From assembly GCA_030636245.1 (NCBI GenBank), contig DAOVXI010000001.1, forward strand, positions 1 to 53,221: 53,221 nt of DNA, in the 5' to 3' direction. This DNA comes from Deltaproteobacteria bacterium. Lineage in GTDB: Bacteria > Desulfobacterota > GWC2-55-46 > DRQE01. Under the pieces are notes generated by a model. That model saw nothing but the letters and a program-made list of their open reading frames with translations, did not search any database and had not been told where the DNA came from. Position 1 is the first letter of the stretch, and each line of letters starts with the position of its first letter. Positions 9,457 to 18,959 of the stretch are shown piece after piece. The position numbers and the translations under genes were made by a program.

Positions 9457-10236
9457 ATGGGAAAAGTTATCTCAATAGCAAATCAAAAGGGCGGGGTTGG
9501 AAAGACCACAACCGCTGTGAACCTTGCCGCGTCGTTGGCGGTTGCGGAGAAAAAAGTGCTTTTAATTGACTTTGATCCGCAGGGAAATGCCACAAGCGGC
9601 TCGGGGCTTAATAAAGAAGAAGAAAAAACAGGGATTTACGAGGCCATTATCGGAGAAGTTGATATTCGTGAGGCCATTCGCGACACAGCCATACCGAGCC
9701 TTAAGGTCGTACCATCAACGGTAGATCTTATTGGCGCCGAGGTAGAGCTTGTTGATGACCCTGGCAGGGATACAAAATTAAAGGAAGTAATAAGTACCAT
9801 TAAAGATGACTTTGATTATGTGCTTATTGATTGTCCGCCGTCGTTGAGCCTTTTGACAGTGAACGCGCTTACAGCCAGTGATAGTGTGCTTATACCGCTT
9901 CAGTGTGAGTACTATGCTCTTGAGGGTATAAGCTCGATGCTTAGAACAATAGATCTTATACGGGCAAGCTTAAACCCCGAGCTTGAGGTTGAAGGGGTGC
10001 TCCTAACGATGTTTGACGCGAGGAATAATCTTTCTCATCAGGTAGCTGACGAGATACGCTCTCATTTTGGTCAAAAAGCATTTACGACCGTTATTCCGAG
10101 AAATGTGCGGCTGAGCGAAAGCCCTAGCTTTGGAAAACCTGTTATTTTATATGATGTTAACTCAAAAGGTGCCTCCAGCTACCTTGAGTTTGCTCAAGAA
10201 TTTTGTGCAAAAGGGATGGAAGCGCCGTTAAACTAG
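9457..10236 (+). CDS. parA: Chromosome partitioning ATPase ParA/Soj
   Basis: Deviant Walker A NQKGGVGKTTTAVNLA. ParA-type order of motifs. Length 259 aa. Confidence 0.95.
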   Translation: MGKVISIANQKGGVGKTTTAVNLAASLAVAEKKVLLIDFDPQGNATSGSGLNKEEEKTGIYEAIIGEVDIREAIRDTAIPSLKVVPSTVDLIGAEVELVDDPGRDTKLKEVISTIKDDFDYVLIDCPPSLSLLTVNALTASDSVLIPLQCEYYALEGISSMLRTIDLIRASLNPELEVEGVLLTMFDARNNLSHQVADEIRSHFGQKAFTTVIPRNVRLSESPSFGKPVILYDVNSKGASSYLEFAQEFCAKGMEAPLN

Positions 10237-10265
10237 CAAAGGAATAAATTCTTCAATAAAATCAA

Positions 10266-11156
10266 ATGGTTACGAAAGAAAAAAAGAAAAAAGTACTCGG
10301 AAGAGGCCTAAAGGCTCTTATCGGGGACGCGGGGGTAAGAACCCCAACAAAGGAGGAGAAGAGCAAGCTCTCTCATGAGGGGGAGTTCTTTTTCTGTGAT
10401 GTTTCCAGGCTGCATGCCGGCAAAACGCAGCCGCGCAAAACCTTCAATGAAGAAGCCCTGGGTGAGCTTGCCGCGTCTATTAAGGAGAACGGCATAATTG
10501 AGCCGCTTGTTGTAAGAAAAATAAAAGACGGCTTTGAGCTTATTGCCGGCGAAAGACGTTTAAGGGCCGCGCGCCTTGCCGAGCTCAAGCAAGTACCTAT
10601 AGTTGTTCTTAACGTAAGCGATAAGCAAACACTTGAGCTTGCGATAGTTGAGAACGTACAGCGTGAAGACCTTAACGCAATAGAAGAAGCAGAGGCTTAT
10701 AAAAGTTTGATGGATTTTGGATTAAGCCAAGAAGGGGTCGCTAAAAAGGTTGGTAAACAAAGAGCCACCGTTGCTAATTACTTAAGGCTTTTAAAGCTGC
10801 CTGTTGAGGTAAAAAAAGAGGTAGCTAATAATAATATTACAATGGGTCACGCAAAGGCCATACTTTCTCTCGATACACACGCAAAGCAAAGGGAGCTTTT
10901 AATAAAGATCCTAAAGAAAGGTTTGAGTGTGCGAGAGGCGGAAAAACTTTCTTTAGAGGTTTCCGGAGCAAAAGAAAAAACCACTACAACTAAATTATCA
11001 AGGGAACACATAAAGCCTGTAGAGGAAGAGCTTCGGAGGATCTTCGGCACCAAGATAAGTGTTATGGACAGAGCGGGTAAGGGAAAGATAGAGATAGATT
11101 ACTATACCAATGACGAGAGAGAGCGGATACTTGATATGTTAAGGTCCGTTGGATAG
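10266..11156 (+). CDS. parB: Chromosome partitioning protein ParB/Spo0J
   Basis: ParB box GERRLRAARLA, an HTH region (QEGVAKKVGKQRATVANYLRLL) and a C-terminal dimerisation segment. Confidence 0.95.
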   Translation: MVTKEKKKKVLGRGLKALIGDAGVRTPTKEEKSKLSHEGEFFFCDVSRLHAGKTQPRKTFNEEALGELAASIKENGIIEPLVVRKIKDGFELIAGERRLRAARLAELKQVPIVVLNVSDKQTLELAIVENVQREDLNAIEEAEAYKSLMDFGLSQEGVAKKVGKQRATVANYLRLLKLPVEVKKEVANNNITMGHAKAILSLDTHAKQRELLIKILKKGLSVREAEKLSLEVSGAKEKTTTTKLSREHIKPVEEELRRIFGTKISVMDRAGKGKIEIDYYTNDERERILDMLRSVG

Positions 11157-11182
11157 CTTTAACCTTAAGGAGGTAAGTTAAG

Positions 11183-11581
11183 ATGTTCAATAAAAAAGAG
11201 ATGGATAGGGTAACAGAGGTAGACGACCTTAACGGTTTTATTGGAAAAGGCATGAAGGTTGTGGGCAAGCTTAGCTTTGAGGGAAGCGTAAGGATAGACG
11301 GAGAGTTCAGCGGAGAGGTTAACTCATCCGGCATTCTTCTTGTCGGCGAGGGCGCCAAGGTAGACGGAGAGATCAATGTCGATACGGCCGTTATCTCGGG
11401 TGAAATAAAGGGAACGATAAACGCTAAGAAGAAGGTTGAACTTATAAGTCCTGCCAAGATAGAGGGGGATATAAAATCACCAACCCTTATTATTGGTGAA
11501 GGTGTTGTATTTGACGGTACATGCGCCATGGAGAAAAGACCTGCCGAGCTCAAGCCTGTTGTTAATGCAGGGGCAGAGTAG
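11183..11581 (+). CDS. Bactofilin (polymer-forming cytoskeletal protein, CcmA/BacA family)
   Basis: 132 aa with the typical beta-helical repeat pattern: G.F.G....G.L.VGEGAKV.GEI....AVISGEIKG.I.A...VEL...AKIEGDI....L.I.EG..F.G. Confidence 0.85.
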   Translation: MFNKKEMDRVTEVDDLNGFIGKGMKVVGKLSFEGSVRIDGEFSGEVNSSGILLVGEGAKVDGEINVDTAVISGEIKGTINAKKKVELISPAKIEGDIKSPTLIIGEGVVFDGTCAMEKRPAELKPVVNAGAE

Positions 11582-11597
11582 CTGGCTTTTTTAAAAA

Positions 11598-12443
11598 TTG
11601 GTTATAACTTTTGATAAGGTTTTTGGTGCCGCAGCACTTTGTGTAGTCCTGGTGCTTTTTATAGTTTTTGGCAATGGCGGTGATATAGATATAACCGCCA
11701 GGGCAGAAGCAAGCGAAGCAGAGGAGTTAATACTTCCCGCTTCTGTTATAAGCCTTCAAGAGGGAAGCGAACTTTTACTTGTCGACAAAGGTTCCCACAC
11801 GCTGTACCTTTATTCAACAAAGGGCTTTGAGCGTTTTAACATAACAAGCGGGCAGGCTAAAGGGGATAAGCAAAAAAGAGGTGACTTAAAAACACCTGAA
11901 GGCGTTTATTTTTTTAATAAGGTTATCGAAGGTAAGGACCTTCCGTCAAAGTATGGTGTGCTTGCCCTTGTAACCGACTATCCAAACCCGGTCGATAGGG
12001 CCAACAAAAAGAGCGGCTCCGGGATTTGGCTTCACGGAACGGATGATCCGCCAAGGCTTGAAAGACCGCGTGACAGCAGAGGTTGTACGGTCCTTCTAAA
12101 TGAGGATGTGCTTAAGATCACTAAGCAGGTAAAACTCGGAGAAACACCCATGGTGGTGGAGGAAGAGGTTTTATTTATTGGTAGCACAGAGTTTGATAAA
12201 AAACGGGAAGAGCTTTTTAAAGAACTTAAAAGGCTTGAGCTTATAACAGCGGAGAGCGCAAAAGACCATACAATATTAATGGCGGGCGGCATGGTTACGG
12301 TAAGCCGGGTTGTCGGCACAGAGAACTTGGTTACCTACCTTAATAATACAGACAACGGTTACGAGGTCGTAGCCACACAAAGTCTGAGCATAAACACAAA
12401 AGAACCGTCTGATACGGCTCTGAGGCTTGGCAACAAAAATTAA
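11598..12443 (+). CDS. L,D-transpeptidase-fold protein, YafK/ErfK-like, N-terminal membrane anchor
   Basis: GDLKTPEGVYFF ... DYPNPVDRA ... GSGIWLHGT ... SRGCTVL matches the YkuD-fold His...Cys catalytic arrangement. TTG start with no clear RBS, so the start is uncertain. Confidence 0.7.
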   Translation: MVITFDKVFGAAALCVVLVLFIVFGNGGDIDITARAEASEAEELILPASVISLQEGSELLLVDKGSHTLYLYSTKGFERFNITSGQAKGDKQKRGDLKTPEGVYFFNKVIEGKDLPSKYGVLALVTDYPNPVDRANKKSGSGIWLHGTDDPPRLERPRDSRGCTVLLNEDVLKITKQVKLGETPMVVEEEVLFIGSTEFDKKREELFKELKRLELITAESAKDHTILMAGGMVTVSRVVGTENLVTYLNNTDNGYEVVATQSLSINTKEPSDTALRLGNKN

Positions 12444-12479
12444 ACAATAAGAGATCAAGGAACGAGGAGTAGGTTTAAG

Positions 12480-13394
12480 GTGAATAAAGCAGATAAGATA
12501 TGGCTTGATGGAGCGCTTGTTGACTGGAATGATGCGAATGTGCACATACTAACGCATTCGCTTCATTATGGACTTGGAGCCTTTGAGGGAATAAGGTGCT
12601 ATAAATGCGACGATGGCAAAAGTGCTATTTTTCGTTTAAAGGAACATACGAAAAGATTTTTTCAAAGCGCGCATATCCTTCAGATGGAGATGCCTTTTTC
12701 CGAGGATGATATAAACGCGGCCATCAAAGAAACACTTAAGGCAAACAAGCTTGAAGAGGGCTATATACGGCCCATTGTTTTTCTGGGTGACGGATCAATG
12801 GGGCTTTATCCCAAGGGTAATCCTACACGTGTGGCGATAGCCACATGGGAGTGGGGCGCATATCTTGGCGACGATGGAATAAAGAACGGCATAAGGGCAA
12901 AGGTTTCTTCATTTACTCGTCATCATGTCAATGTTAGTATGACAAAGGCCAAGGCCTGTGGTTATTATGTTAACTCAATACTCGCCAAGCGTGAGGTCGT
13001 AAAGGCAGGCTATGATGAGGCAATAATGCTTGATACCGAGGGCTATGTATCTGAAGCGAGCGGAGCTAATATCTTTATCTATCGTAACGGTGTACTCAAG
13101 ACAACACCTTTAACAAGTATTCTGGACGGGATAACAAGGGCAACCGTCATAGAGCTTGCAAAGGATAGTGGTATTGAGGTTCGTGAAGAGCGCTTTACGC
13201 GCGATGAGCTCTACATAGCCGATGAGGCATTTTTTACCGGTACCGCCGCGGAGATAACACCTATTAGAGAAGTTGATGATAGGGTAATAGGTCAGGGACG
13301 GCCCGGTCCAATAACAGAAAAAATACAAACTCTTTTCTTTGACATAGTAAAGGGAAAAAACGACACCTATAGCCGTTGGCTTGATATCGTTTAA
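12480..13394 (+). CDS. ilvE: Branched-chain amino acid aminotransferase (class IV)
   Basis: Class IV aminotransferase motifs: [38 protein letters not shown] start preceded by GAGGAG. Confidence 0.9.
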   Translation: MNKADKIWLDGALVDWNDANVHILTHSLHYGLGAFEGIRCYKCDDGKSAIFRLKEHTKRFFQSAHILQMEMPFSEDDINAAIKETLKANKLEEGYIRPIVFLGDGSMGLYPKGNPTRVAIATWEWGAYLGDDGIKNGIRAKVSSFTRHHVNVSMTKAKACGYYVNSILAKREVVKAGYDEAIMLDTEGYVSEASGANIFIYRNGVLKTTPLTSILDGITRATVIELAKDSGIEVREERFTRDELYIADEAFFTGTAAEITPIREVDDRVIGQGRPGPITEKIQTLFFDIVKGKNDTYSRWLDIV

Positions 13395-13431
13395 GGTTAT
13401 TGGCCAAGCCATTTTGGCTTAGCCAATAACT
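13395..13431 (+). terminator. Strong hairpin after ilvE (15-bp stem, one mismatch, loop ATTTT)
   Basis: GGTTATTGGCCAAGCC-ATTTT-GGCTTAGCCAATAAC, paired by hand. A T-run (CATTTTT) follows only after 8 nt, so intrinsic-terminator function is probable but not certain. Confidence 0.5.
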
Positions 13432-13640
13432 TCATGCATTTTTCTCCGCACTGACTTCTGAAGCACATCACCATTTCGGTCTATCCATTTAATTTTCCAG
13501 ACATTTTTTTCTTGTAATAGATTGTCGATTTTAGTAACATCTGTTAGTTAGGTATAAATAGGGGATTATTGTCTGAATGACGATAAGTTTATACCGTGTT
13601 AACTAATCCTCACGGCAACAATTACGGTGGGGGAGGGAAA

Positions 13641-15314
13641 ATGTCTGCAGAAGGTTTTTTTGGCCCAAGCGAAAGCAATCTTGTAGACCTCATTCAGATG
13701 TGGGGTCTTGCAAAGACCAGTGGCATTCTTACCGTTAAAAGCGGCAAGGAAGATGGAGAGATGCATTTCGAGGAAGGCCGTGTCGTCTGGGCAAACGCAG
13801 GACCTTATCTTTCCGGAGAGGATGCCATATACCACCTTTTGGCCCTGGAAGAGGGCCGTTTCCGTTTCGTAAACTCCCGCGAATTAAAACATAACGGTGA
13901 ACTTAACTGCTCCTATAGCGAGATCATTATGGAGGGCATGCGTCGGCTTGACCATCTTAAGTTAGAGATGCAGGGCGTAGATGAAAAGCTTGGGTTTATA
14001 CCGTTCATTAAGGGTGTCCCCGGAAGCACAAATGGCGGCTCTGCAGAGGTAAGTGATGAGGAAAAGGTCTTCATGGCCTTGGTCGACGGGAAAAGGAACC
14101 TTGAAAAGGTTTTTGATAACTGCGGCCTTGGAGCGCACAAAAGCTTTAAGGTCTTTAAGGCGCTTTGTGACAAGGAGCTGGTTGAGCTCAGAAAAGTTCG
14201 AGTGCTTGTTGTGGACGATCAATCAATGTGGCGTAACGTCATAAGTAATATGCTTCTTAAAGAACCTTGTTTTGAGGTAATCGCTACCGCGGAGGATGGG
14301 GTTGATGCGCTTCAGAAGATAAGCGAGCTTAAGCCGGATGTCATAACGTTGGATCTTGAGATGCCGCGTCTTGACGGAATAAAAACACTTTATTGGATGA
14401 TGAGCGGTGGCTACGATATACTTTTAAAGTCACAGCATAATGTTGAGATAAAAGACACCTTCAGATGTCCGGTCGTTGTTATAAGTGCTGTTGCAACCAA
14501 GATGGCGCCGGAAACCCTCGAGGCGCTAATGGGCGGTGCAACAGGGTACATAACAAAACCTTCACAGTTCGTAAGTGAAAGCCTTGAGCAGCAGCAAAAA
14601 ACCATAGCTAAAACCGTCCTCATGGCAAGCCAGGTGGATCTTCAGAAATCAAGAAGGATTAAGGCTCTTGATATAGACTCAAAGGATATTGAAAACCTTA
14701 AACCCGCAAGGAAGCTTGTTTGCGTGGGCGCTTCCATGGTTGGAGGGCTGACATCCCTTATGCAGCTCATCCCACAGTTTCCGGAAAACCTTGACGGCTC
14801 TGTTTTTGTAGTAGTAGACGATCTTTATTCAATAGAACATACTAAAAGTTTTGCCGAGTTCCTTGACCGTCACAGCAAGATAAAGGTAGAGGCGGCGGAC
14901 AAAAACAATATACTTAAAAGCGGTACGGTTTATATTTCAAGTGCGGACAATGCCGTTGAATTCGGGCAAGCAAATGTAGATGGACTTGTGCAGGCCGCTT
15001 ACAGGATAACCTCTAAAAGGCAGGGCGAGGAGTTGGACAAGAACTTTAAGCCTTTGGATACAATGCTTGAGAGCGCAATTAAGTGTAAGGGTTTTGATAA
15101 AAGGATAGGTGTTGTGCTTGCCGGCGATGGCACGGACGGAAAGATCGGGTTCTTGGAGATGGTAAAGGTGGATGACAAGGTTTTTGCCCAGGACTCTTAT
15201 TCATCACTTAACCCTATTAAACCGGAGAACGTTGCCAATACCGGTGTTGCGAGGGTAATACCCCTTGCGGCAATGGTAAAAAGTATCATTATGGAAGTTG
15301 GGAGGAGCGTTTAG
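13641..15314 (+). CDS. PATAN(DUF4388)-REC-CheB-like (methylesterase-fold, probably inactive) fusion protein
   Basis: The N-terminus NLVDLIQMWGLAKTSGILTVK...GEMHFEEGRVVWA...GEDAIYHLLALEEGRFRF matches the DUF4388/PATAN pattern. The middle part VRVLVVDDQSMWRN...KPDVITLDLEMPRLDG is a CheB-type receiver. The C-terminal part LVCVGASMVGG...VFVVVDDLY...VLAGDGTDG is colinear with the CheB methylesterase. I prefer the ATG at 13641, preceded by GGGGGAGGG, over the GTG at 13596. Confidence 0.75.
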   Translation: MSAEGFFGPSESNLVDLIQMWGLAKTSGILTVKSGKEDGEMHFEEGRVVWANAGPYLSGEDAIYHLLALEEGRFRFVNSRELKHNGELNCSYSEIIMEGMRRLDHLKLEMQGVDEKLGFIPFIKGVPGSTNGGSAEVSDEEKVFMALVDGKRNLEKVFDNCGLGAHKSFKVFKALCDKELVELRKVRVLVVDDQSMWRNVISNMLLKEPCFEVIATAEDGVDALQKISELKPDVITLDLEMPRLDGIKTLYWMMSGGYDILLKSQHNVEIKDTFRCPVVVISAVATKMAPETLEALMGGATGYITKPSQFVSESLEQQQKTIAKTVLMASQVDLQKSRRIKALDIDSKDIENLKPARKLVCVGASMVGGLTSLMQLIPQFPENLDGSVFVVVDDLYSIEHTKSFAEFLDRHSKIKVEAADKNNILKSGTVYISSADNAVEFGQANVDGLVQAAYRITSKRQGEELDKNFKPLDTMLESAIKCKGFDKRIGVVLAGDGTDGKIGFLEMVKVDDKVFAQDSYSSLNPIKPENVANTGVARVIPLAAMVKSIIMEVGRSV

Positions 15315-17948
15315 TTGAGCGAAGATCTTTTCGGATACTCTGTTGAGGAATTCAAGGAGGAGGCAAAAGAGCTCCTTGAAAGAAGCGAAGGTATTATTGC
15401 CAAGATCGCTGAGGACCCGAGTGACAATGAACACGTGAACGCACTTTTCCGTGCCATACATTCGCTTAAAGGTAGCTCCGGTTATGTTGGTCAGAATGAT
15501 ATAAATAATTTTGCTCATGGCTTTGAGAGTCTTTTGGGCATACTCAGAAATAAAAAACAAGAGGTGACCGACGAGGTTGTTAATGTCATTCAGCGTTCAT
15601 GCGATTACCTTGAGGATCTTGTTTTCCATCCTGAAACAACCGAAGTGCTTCATCTTGATGAATCAATTACCGATGTATATGAAATGGTAAAAGGTGCCTT
15701 TAAGGGCCGCACCGGGGCGCAGCCACAAGCGGCCGCACCAGAGCCGGTACAGGCACCATCCCCGACGCCTCCTATCCAGGAAGCTCAGCCTCAGGAGGGT
15801 TTGAGCGAGGAGCCTGTGTCAACACAGGTTGAAGCGCCGGTAGCCGAAGCGCCACAGGTTACCGAGGTGGCAAAACCAGAGATCATGCATTCAGAGGAAG
15901 AGCATGCCCGTCCGCCTGAAGAGCTTACAGCTGCTGACAGCCCTGAGGACTTTGTCTTTACCGAAGAGGCCCCAGACGCAGAGCCGGTAGATCACTCGGA
16001 CATGGATCAGGGCGATGTTATAAAGATAACCCTCACGCAGTCGCTTGAGGCGCTTAAGAATGCGCTTAGAGAAGATCGCCCTAACAAAGATGATGTTGAG
16101 AAGTATATAGGCAAACTTAGAGATACGGTAAGCTGGGCCTTTGGTGATGATATGCCAACGACGACCATTGCTCTTGAGGAGATGGAGTCACTCGTTTTAG
16201 GCACAGATGTGCTTGGAGCGCGGGAGCTTACCATGCTGAGGAAGGGCTTTGTTATGATGGCCCCGGAGATCATGAGAGAACTCGGTATTGACGTAGGGGG
16301 TCCGAGCAGCTCTGTTAAAAAAGAAGAAGAGGTAGAAGACAGCAGTGAAGCCGAACAGATGCGAGGAGCCTCAAGGGAAGATATCGTAAAGATAGCGCTT
16401 ACGAATAACCTCGAAGCACTTACCTTATACCTTGAAGAGGAAAACCTTAATGTTCAAGAGTTGCATAAGGCAATTGGAAAACTTCATGATCTAAACAGAT
16501 GGGCCTTCAATGAAAATGCTGAAGCATCAATGTCGCTTATTGCGATGGAGGACCTTCTTAAAAGAGTTGATGACCCGGAAAGTAACAAAGAGATCAGGAT
16601 AAGGGGTTCGCTGCTTAAAAAAGAATTAATGCCTTTGATAGAAACAAGCCTTGTTTCCGATAGAGCCGAGGTGGGCACAGAGTATCACGAGCCTGTTGCT
16701 GTTGCACCTGTTCCGAAGGAAAAAGAAATAGAGTCACCCTTAATTAGAGTGCCGGTCGACTCTGCGCCTACTACGCCGCCGCCTGCTCTAGATCAAGAAG
16801 AGAGACCTGCTCCCATACAAAAGGGTCGCAGAGTTGTTGCAAAAAAAGCAAGTCCTCAAAGTGCGGCGAGTCTTAAGATACGTTCCGAGGACCTGGAAAA
16901 CCTTATCGGTACCGTCGGAACTTTAAAGGGGATCAAAGAAGAAGATTTTCAGAAACTTCAGGCCGCTACACTTCAGCTAAGAATGATCCCGGTCGGAGAG
17001 ATCTTCAGCCGTTTTAAGAAAGTTGTAAGGGATCTATCCGAAGAGCTGGGTAAGCCCATGCGTCTGGAGCTTTCAGGAGAGTCGGTTAAACTTGATAAAG
17101 CCATAGCGGACAAACTGACAGAGCCACTTATGCACATGGTTAGGAATGCGGCAAGTCATGGCATAGAAAGTGAGGCGGAACGCTCGGCGCTTGGCAAGGG
17201 CCCAGCGATAATAAAGTTAAGCGCGGCTCAGGAAGGTGGACAGGTCGTAATACAGGTGGCTGACAACGGCAAGGGAATAAGCCTTGCAAAGGTCCGGGGA
17301 AAAGGTATTAAGCTTGGACTTATAAAGGAAGAAGATTCCGTTGGAATGACCGAGAAGAAGATACTTGACCTTATTTTCTCGCCGGGGTTCTCTACACATG
17401 AAGGGGCTGACAAGATATCCGGACGTGGTGTTGGTATGGATGTTGTAAAAGATGCGATAACCTCCATTCAAGGGGTCGTTTCCATAGATACACGCGAGAA
17501 CTTCGGAACAACATTTAACCTTCAACTCCCGCTAACCCTTGCTATAATAAGAGGCCTGGTCCTTCAGCAAAGCGATTCCAAAATAGCCGTTCCTGCGGCT
17601 TCTGTTGACAGGGTAATGAATATGATGGCAAAGGAGATCGAAGAGGCAAGCTTTATGGATAAGAACAGGGTTTGTCTTTATTTACAGGAAGAGGGAGAGG
17701 TTATGCCTATAGTTAACTTCTCAGAGGTTTTTGGTTTCGAACCTTCTTCTGATAAAAGATGCGTTGTTTTGATAAGGATAGGCGGGGGGCATAAGGTGGC
17801 TTTGATAGTTGATGAAGCGCTTGGTCGTCAGCCGCTTACCATTAAACCGTTGGATAAGTTTTCTGAGACAAAATACTTCTCAAGTGCTTCAATGATAGAA
17901 GAGGATGTAGTGCTTATACTTAATATACCTAGCTTGTTGGCTGCGTAA
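15315..17948 (+). CDS. cheA: CheA-like histidine kinase (HPt - Pro/Glu-rich linker - two ~60-aa repeats - dimerisation - HATPase - CheW-like)
   Basis: HPt motif FRAIHSLKGSSGYVG. N box HMVRNAASHGIE, G1 DNGKGI, G2 GRGVGMDVV. C-terminal CheW-like domain. The TTG start directly abuts the upstream TAG and is preceded by GGGAGGAG. Confidence 0.9.
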   Translation: MSEDLFGYSVEEFKEEAKELLERSEGIIAKIAEDPSDNEHVNALFRAIHSLKGSSGYVGQNDINNFAHGFESLLGILRNKKQEVTDEVVNVIQRSCDYLEDLVFHPETTEVLHLDESITDVYEMVKGAFKGRTGAQPQAAAPEPVQAPSPTPPIQEAQPQEGLSEEPVSTQVEAPVAEAPQVTEVAKPEIMHSEEEHARPPEELTAADSPEDFVFTEEAPDAEPVDHSDMDQGDVIKITLTQSLEALKNALREDRPNKDDVEKYIGKLRDTVSWAFGDDMPTTTIALEEMESLVLGTDVLGARELTMLRKGFVMMAPEIMRELGIDVGGPSSSVKKEEEVEDSSEAEQMRGASREDIVKIALTNNLEALTLYLEEENLNVQELHKAIGKLHDLNRWAFNENAEASMSLIAMEDLLKRVDDPESNKEIRIRGSLLKKELMPLIETSLVSDRAEVGTEYHEPVAVAPVPKEKEIESPLIRVPVDSAPTTPPPALDQEERPAPIQKGRRVVAKKASPQSAASLKIRSEDLENLIGTVGTLKGIKEEDFQKLQAATLQLRMIPVGEIFSRFKKVVRDLSEELGKPMRLELSGESVKLDKAIADKLTEPLMHMVRNAASHGIESEAERSALGKGPAIIKLSAAQEGGQVVIQVADNGKGISLAKVRGKGIKLGLIKEEDSVGMTEKKILDLIFSPGFSTHEGADKISGRGVGMDVVKDAITSIQGVVSIDTRENFGTTFNLQLPLTLAIIRGLVLQQSDSKIAVPAASVDRVMNMMAKEIEEASFMDKNRVCLYLQEEGEVMPIVNFSEVFGFEPSSDKRCVVLIRIGGGHKVALIVDEALGRQPLTIKPLDKFSETKYFSSASMIEEDVVLILNIPSLLAA

Positions 17949-17986
17949 CTTAGAACGTTAATCTTAATTATCTTAAGGAGGAAGTG

Positions 17987-18373
17987 ATGTCGGATAAAAA
18001 AAAGGTTTTGGCCTTGGATGATCAGAAGTCGATGCAGAACATATTGAATTTTTCACTGAAAAAAGAGTTTGATGTAACAATTGTTGGTACTTCTGACGAT
18101 GCGATAAGTAAGGCAAAAGGAGAGAGCTTTGATTTTATTCTCCTGGACATTGTTCTTGATAATGACACAAGGGACGGGATAGGGGTTGCCCAAGAGCTTC
18201 AGGGAGCAGGCATAAACACACCGGTTGCGTTCTTGTCATCGCTTACTCAGGACAGCCTTGCGGATGACCAGAAGGAAAGGGCATCAGGGTTAAACAACAT
18301 AAAGTTCTATCAAACCAAACCGATACAACCTGATGACCTTGTAAAAAAGATATACGGTGTTGTGGGAGAATAG
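17987..18373 (+). CDS. cheY: Single-domain response regulator (CheY-like)
   Basis: VLALDDQ ... FDFILLDIVL ... FLSS ... TKP supply the receiver acidic pocket, phospho-Asp, Ser/Thr and Lys positions. RBS AAGGAGGA lies upstream of the ATG at 17987. Confidence 0.85.
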   Translation: MSDKKKVLALDDQKSMQNILNFSLKKEFDVTIVGTSDDAISKAKGESFDFILLDIVLDNDTRDGIGVAQELQGAGINTPVAFLSSLTQDSLADDQKERASGLNNIKFYQTKPIQPDDLVKKIYGVVGE

Positions 18374-18427
18374 GCAGCCGGTCAATTAGACGGTTACTTT
18401 ATAAAAGTTAATTTAGCGAATAAGATT

Positions 18428-18934
18428 ATGGCAAAGATAAAGATCCTTACATTTTTAATAAACGACAGATACTTTGCGTTGCCCTCGGCCAGCATCAAGG
18501 AGATCCTTGACTCCGAGAAGAGCATCAAGCAGATATTTTATAATAGGGGCGGAGCCTTAAGGGGTTTGCTTGTTTATGAAGGGGATATGATATCTGTGCT
18601 TGATACAGAGATACTTCTTGATATTGCAAGCAACGGCAATGGTAACGGTAAGGGTACGGCCCTTGGGATGGATAAGCTTGTACTTATCTGTAAGGACAGG
18701 GAGCTTGAAAGAGCCATAGCGATAGTTATAAATTCGATCGATTGCATGGAAACCATTGAAGAAGAAGAACTTAAACTCTCGCAGGATGAGAGTGCAACAT
18801 ATACGAGAGGTTTTATTAAAGAAGGTAAGGGTGAAGAGCAAAGGGTTGTAACGGTACTTGATCTTAAAAAGTTTCTCGAATACTCCGGCAAAAGAATAGA
18901 GTCGCTGGAGAGTGGGGAAAGAGTAATAAATTAA
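18428..18934 (+). CDS. cheW: CheW-like coupling protein
   Basis: Length 168 aa. ILTFLINDRYFALPSASIKEIL is the typical CheW N-terminal beta-strand pattern. Cluster context supports the call. Confidence 0.75.
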   Translation: MAKIKILTFLINDRYFALPSASIKEILDSEKSIKQIFYNRGGALRGLLVYEGDMISVLDTEILLDIASNGNGNGKGTALGMDKLVLICKDRELERAIAIVINSIDCMETIEEEELKLSQDESATYTRGFIKEGKGEEQRVVTVLDLKKFLEYSGKRIESLESGERVIN

Positions 18935-18959
18935 AAAACCAGACTTAAGGAGAGTCGGC

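Noticed and set aside
11062-11553. 163-aa minus-strand ORF
   Set aside because: It is antisense to the bactofilin gene and the parB 3' end. The repetitive Ser/Pro/Ile-rich translation mirrors the bactofilin beta-helix repeats.
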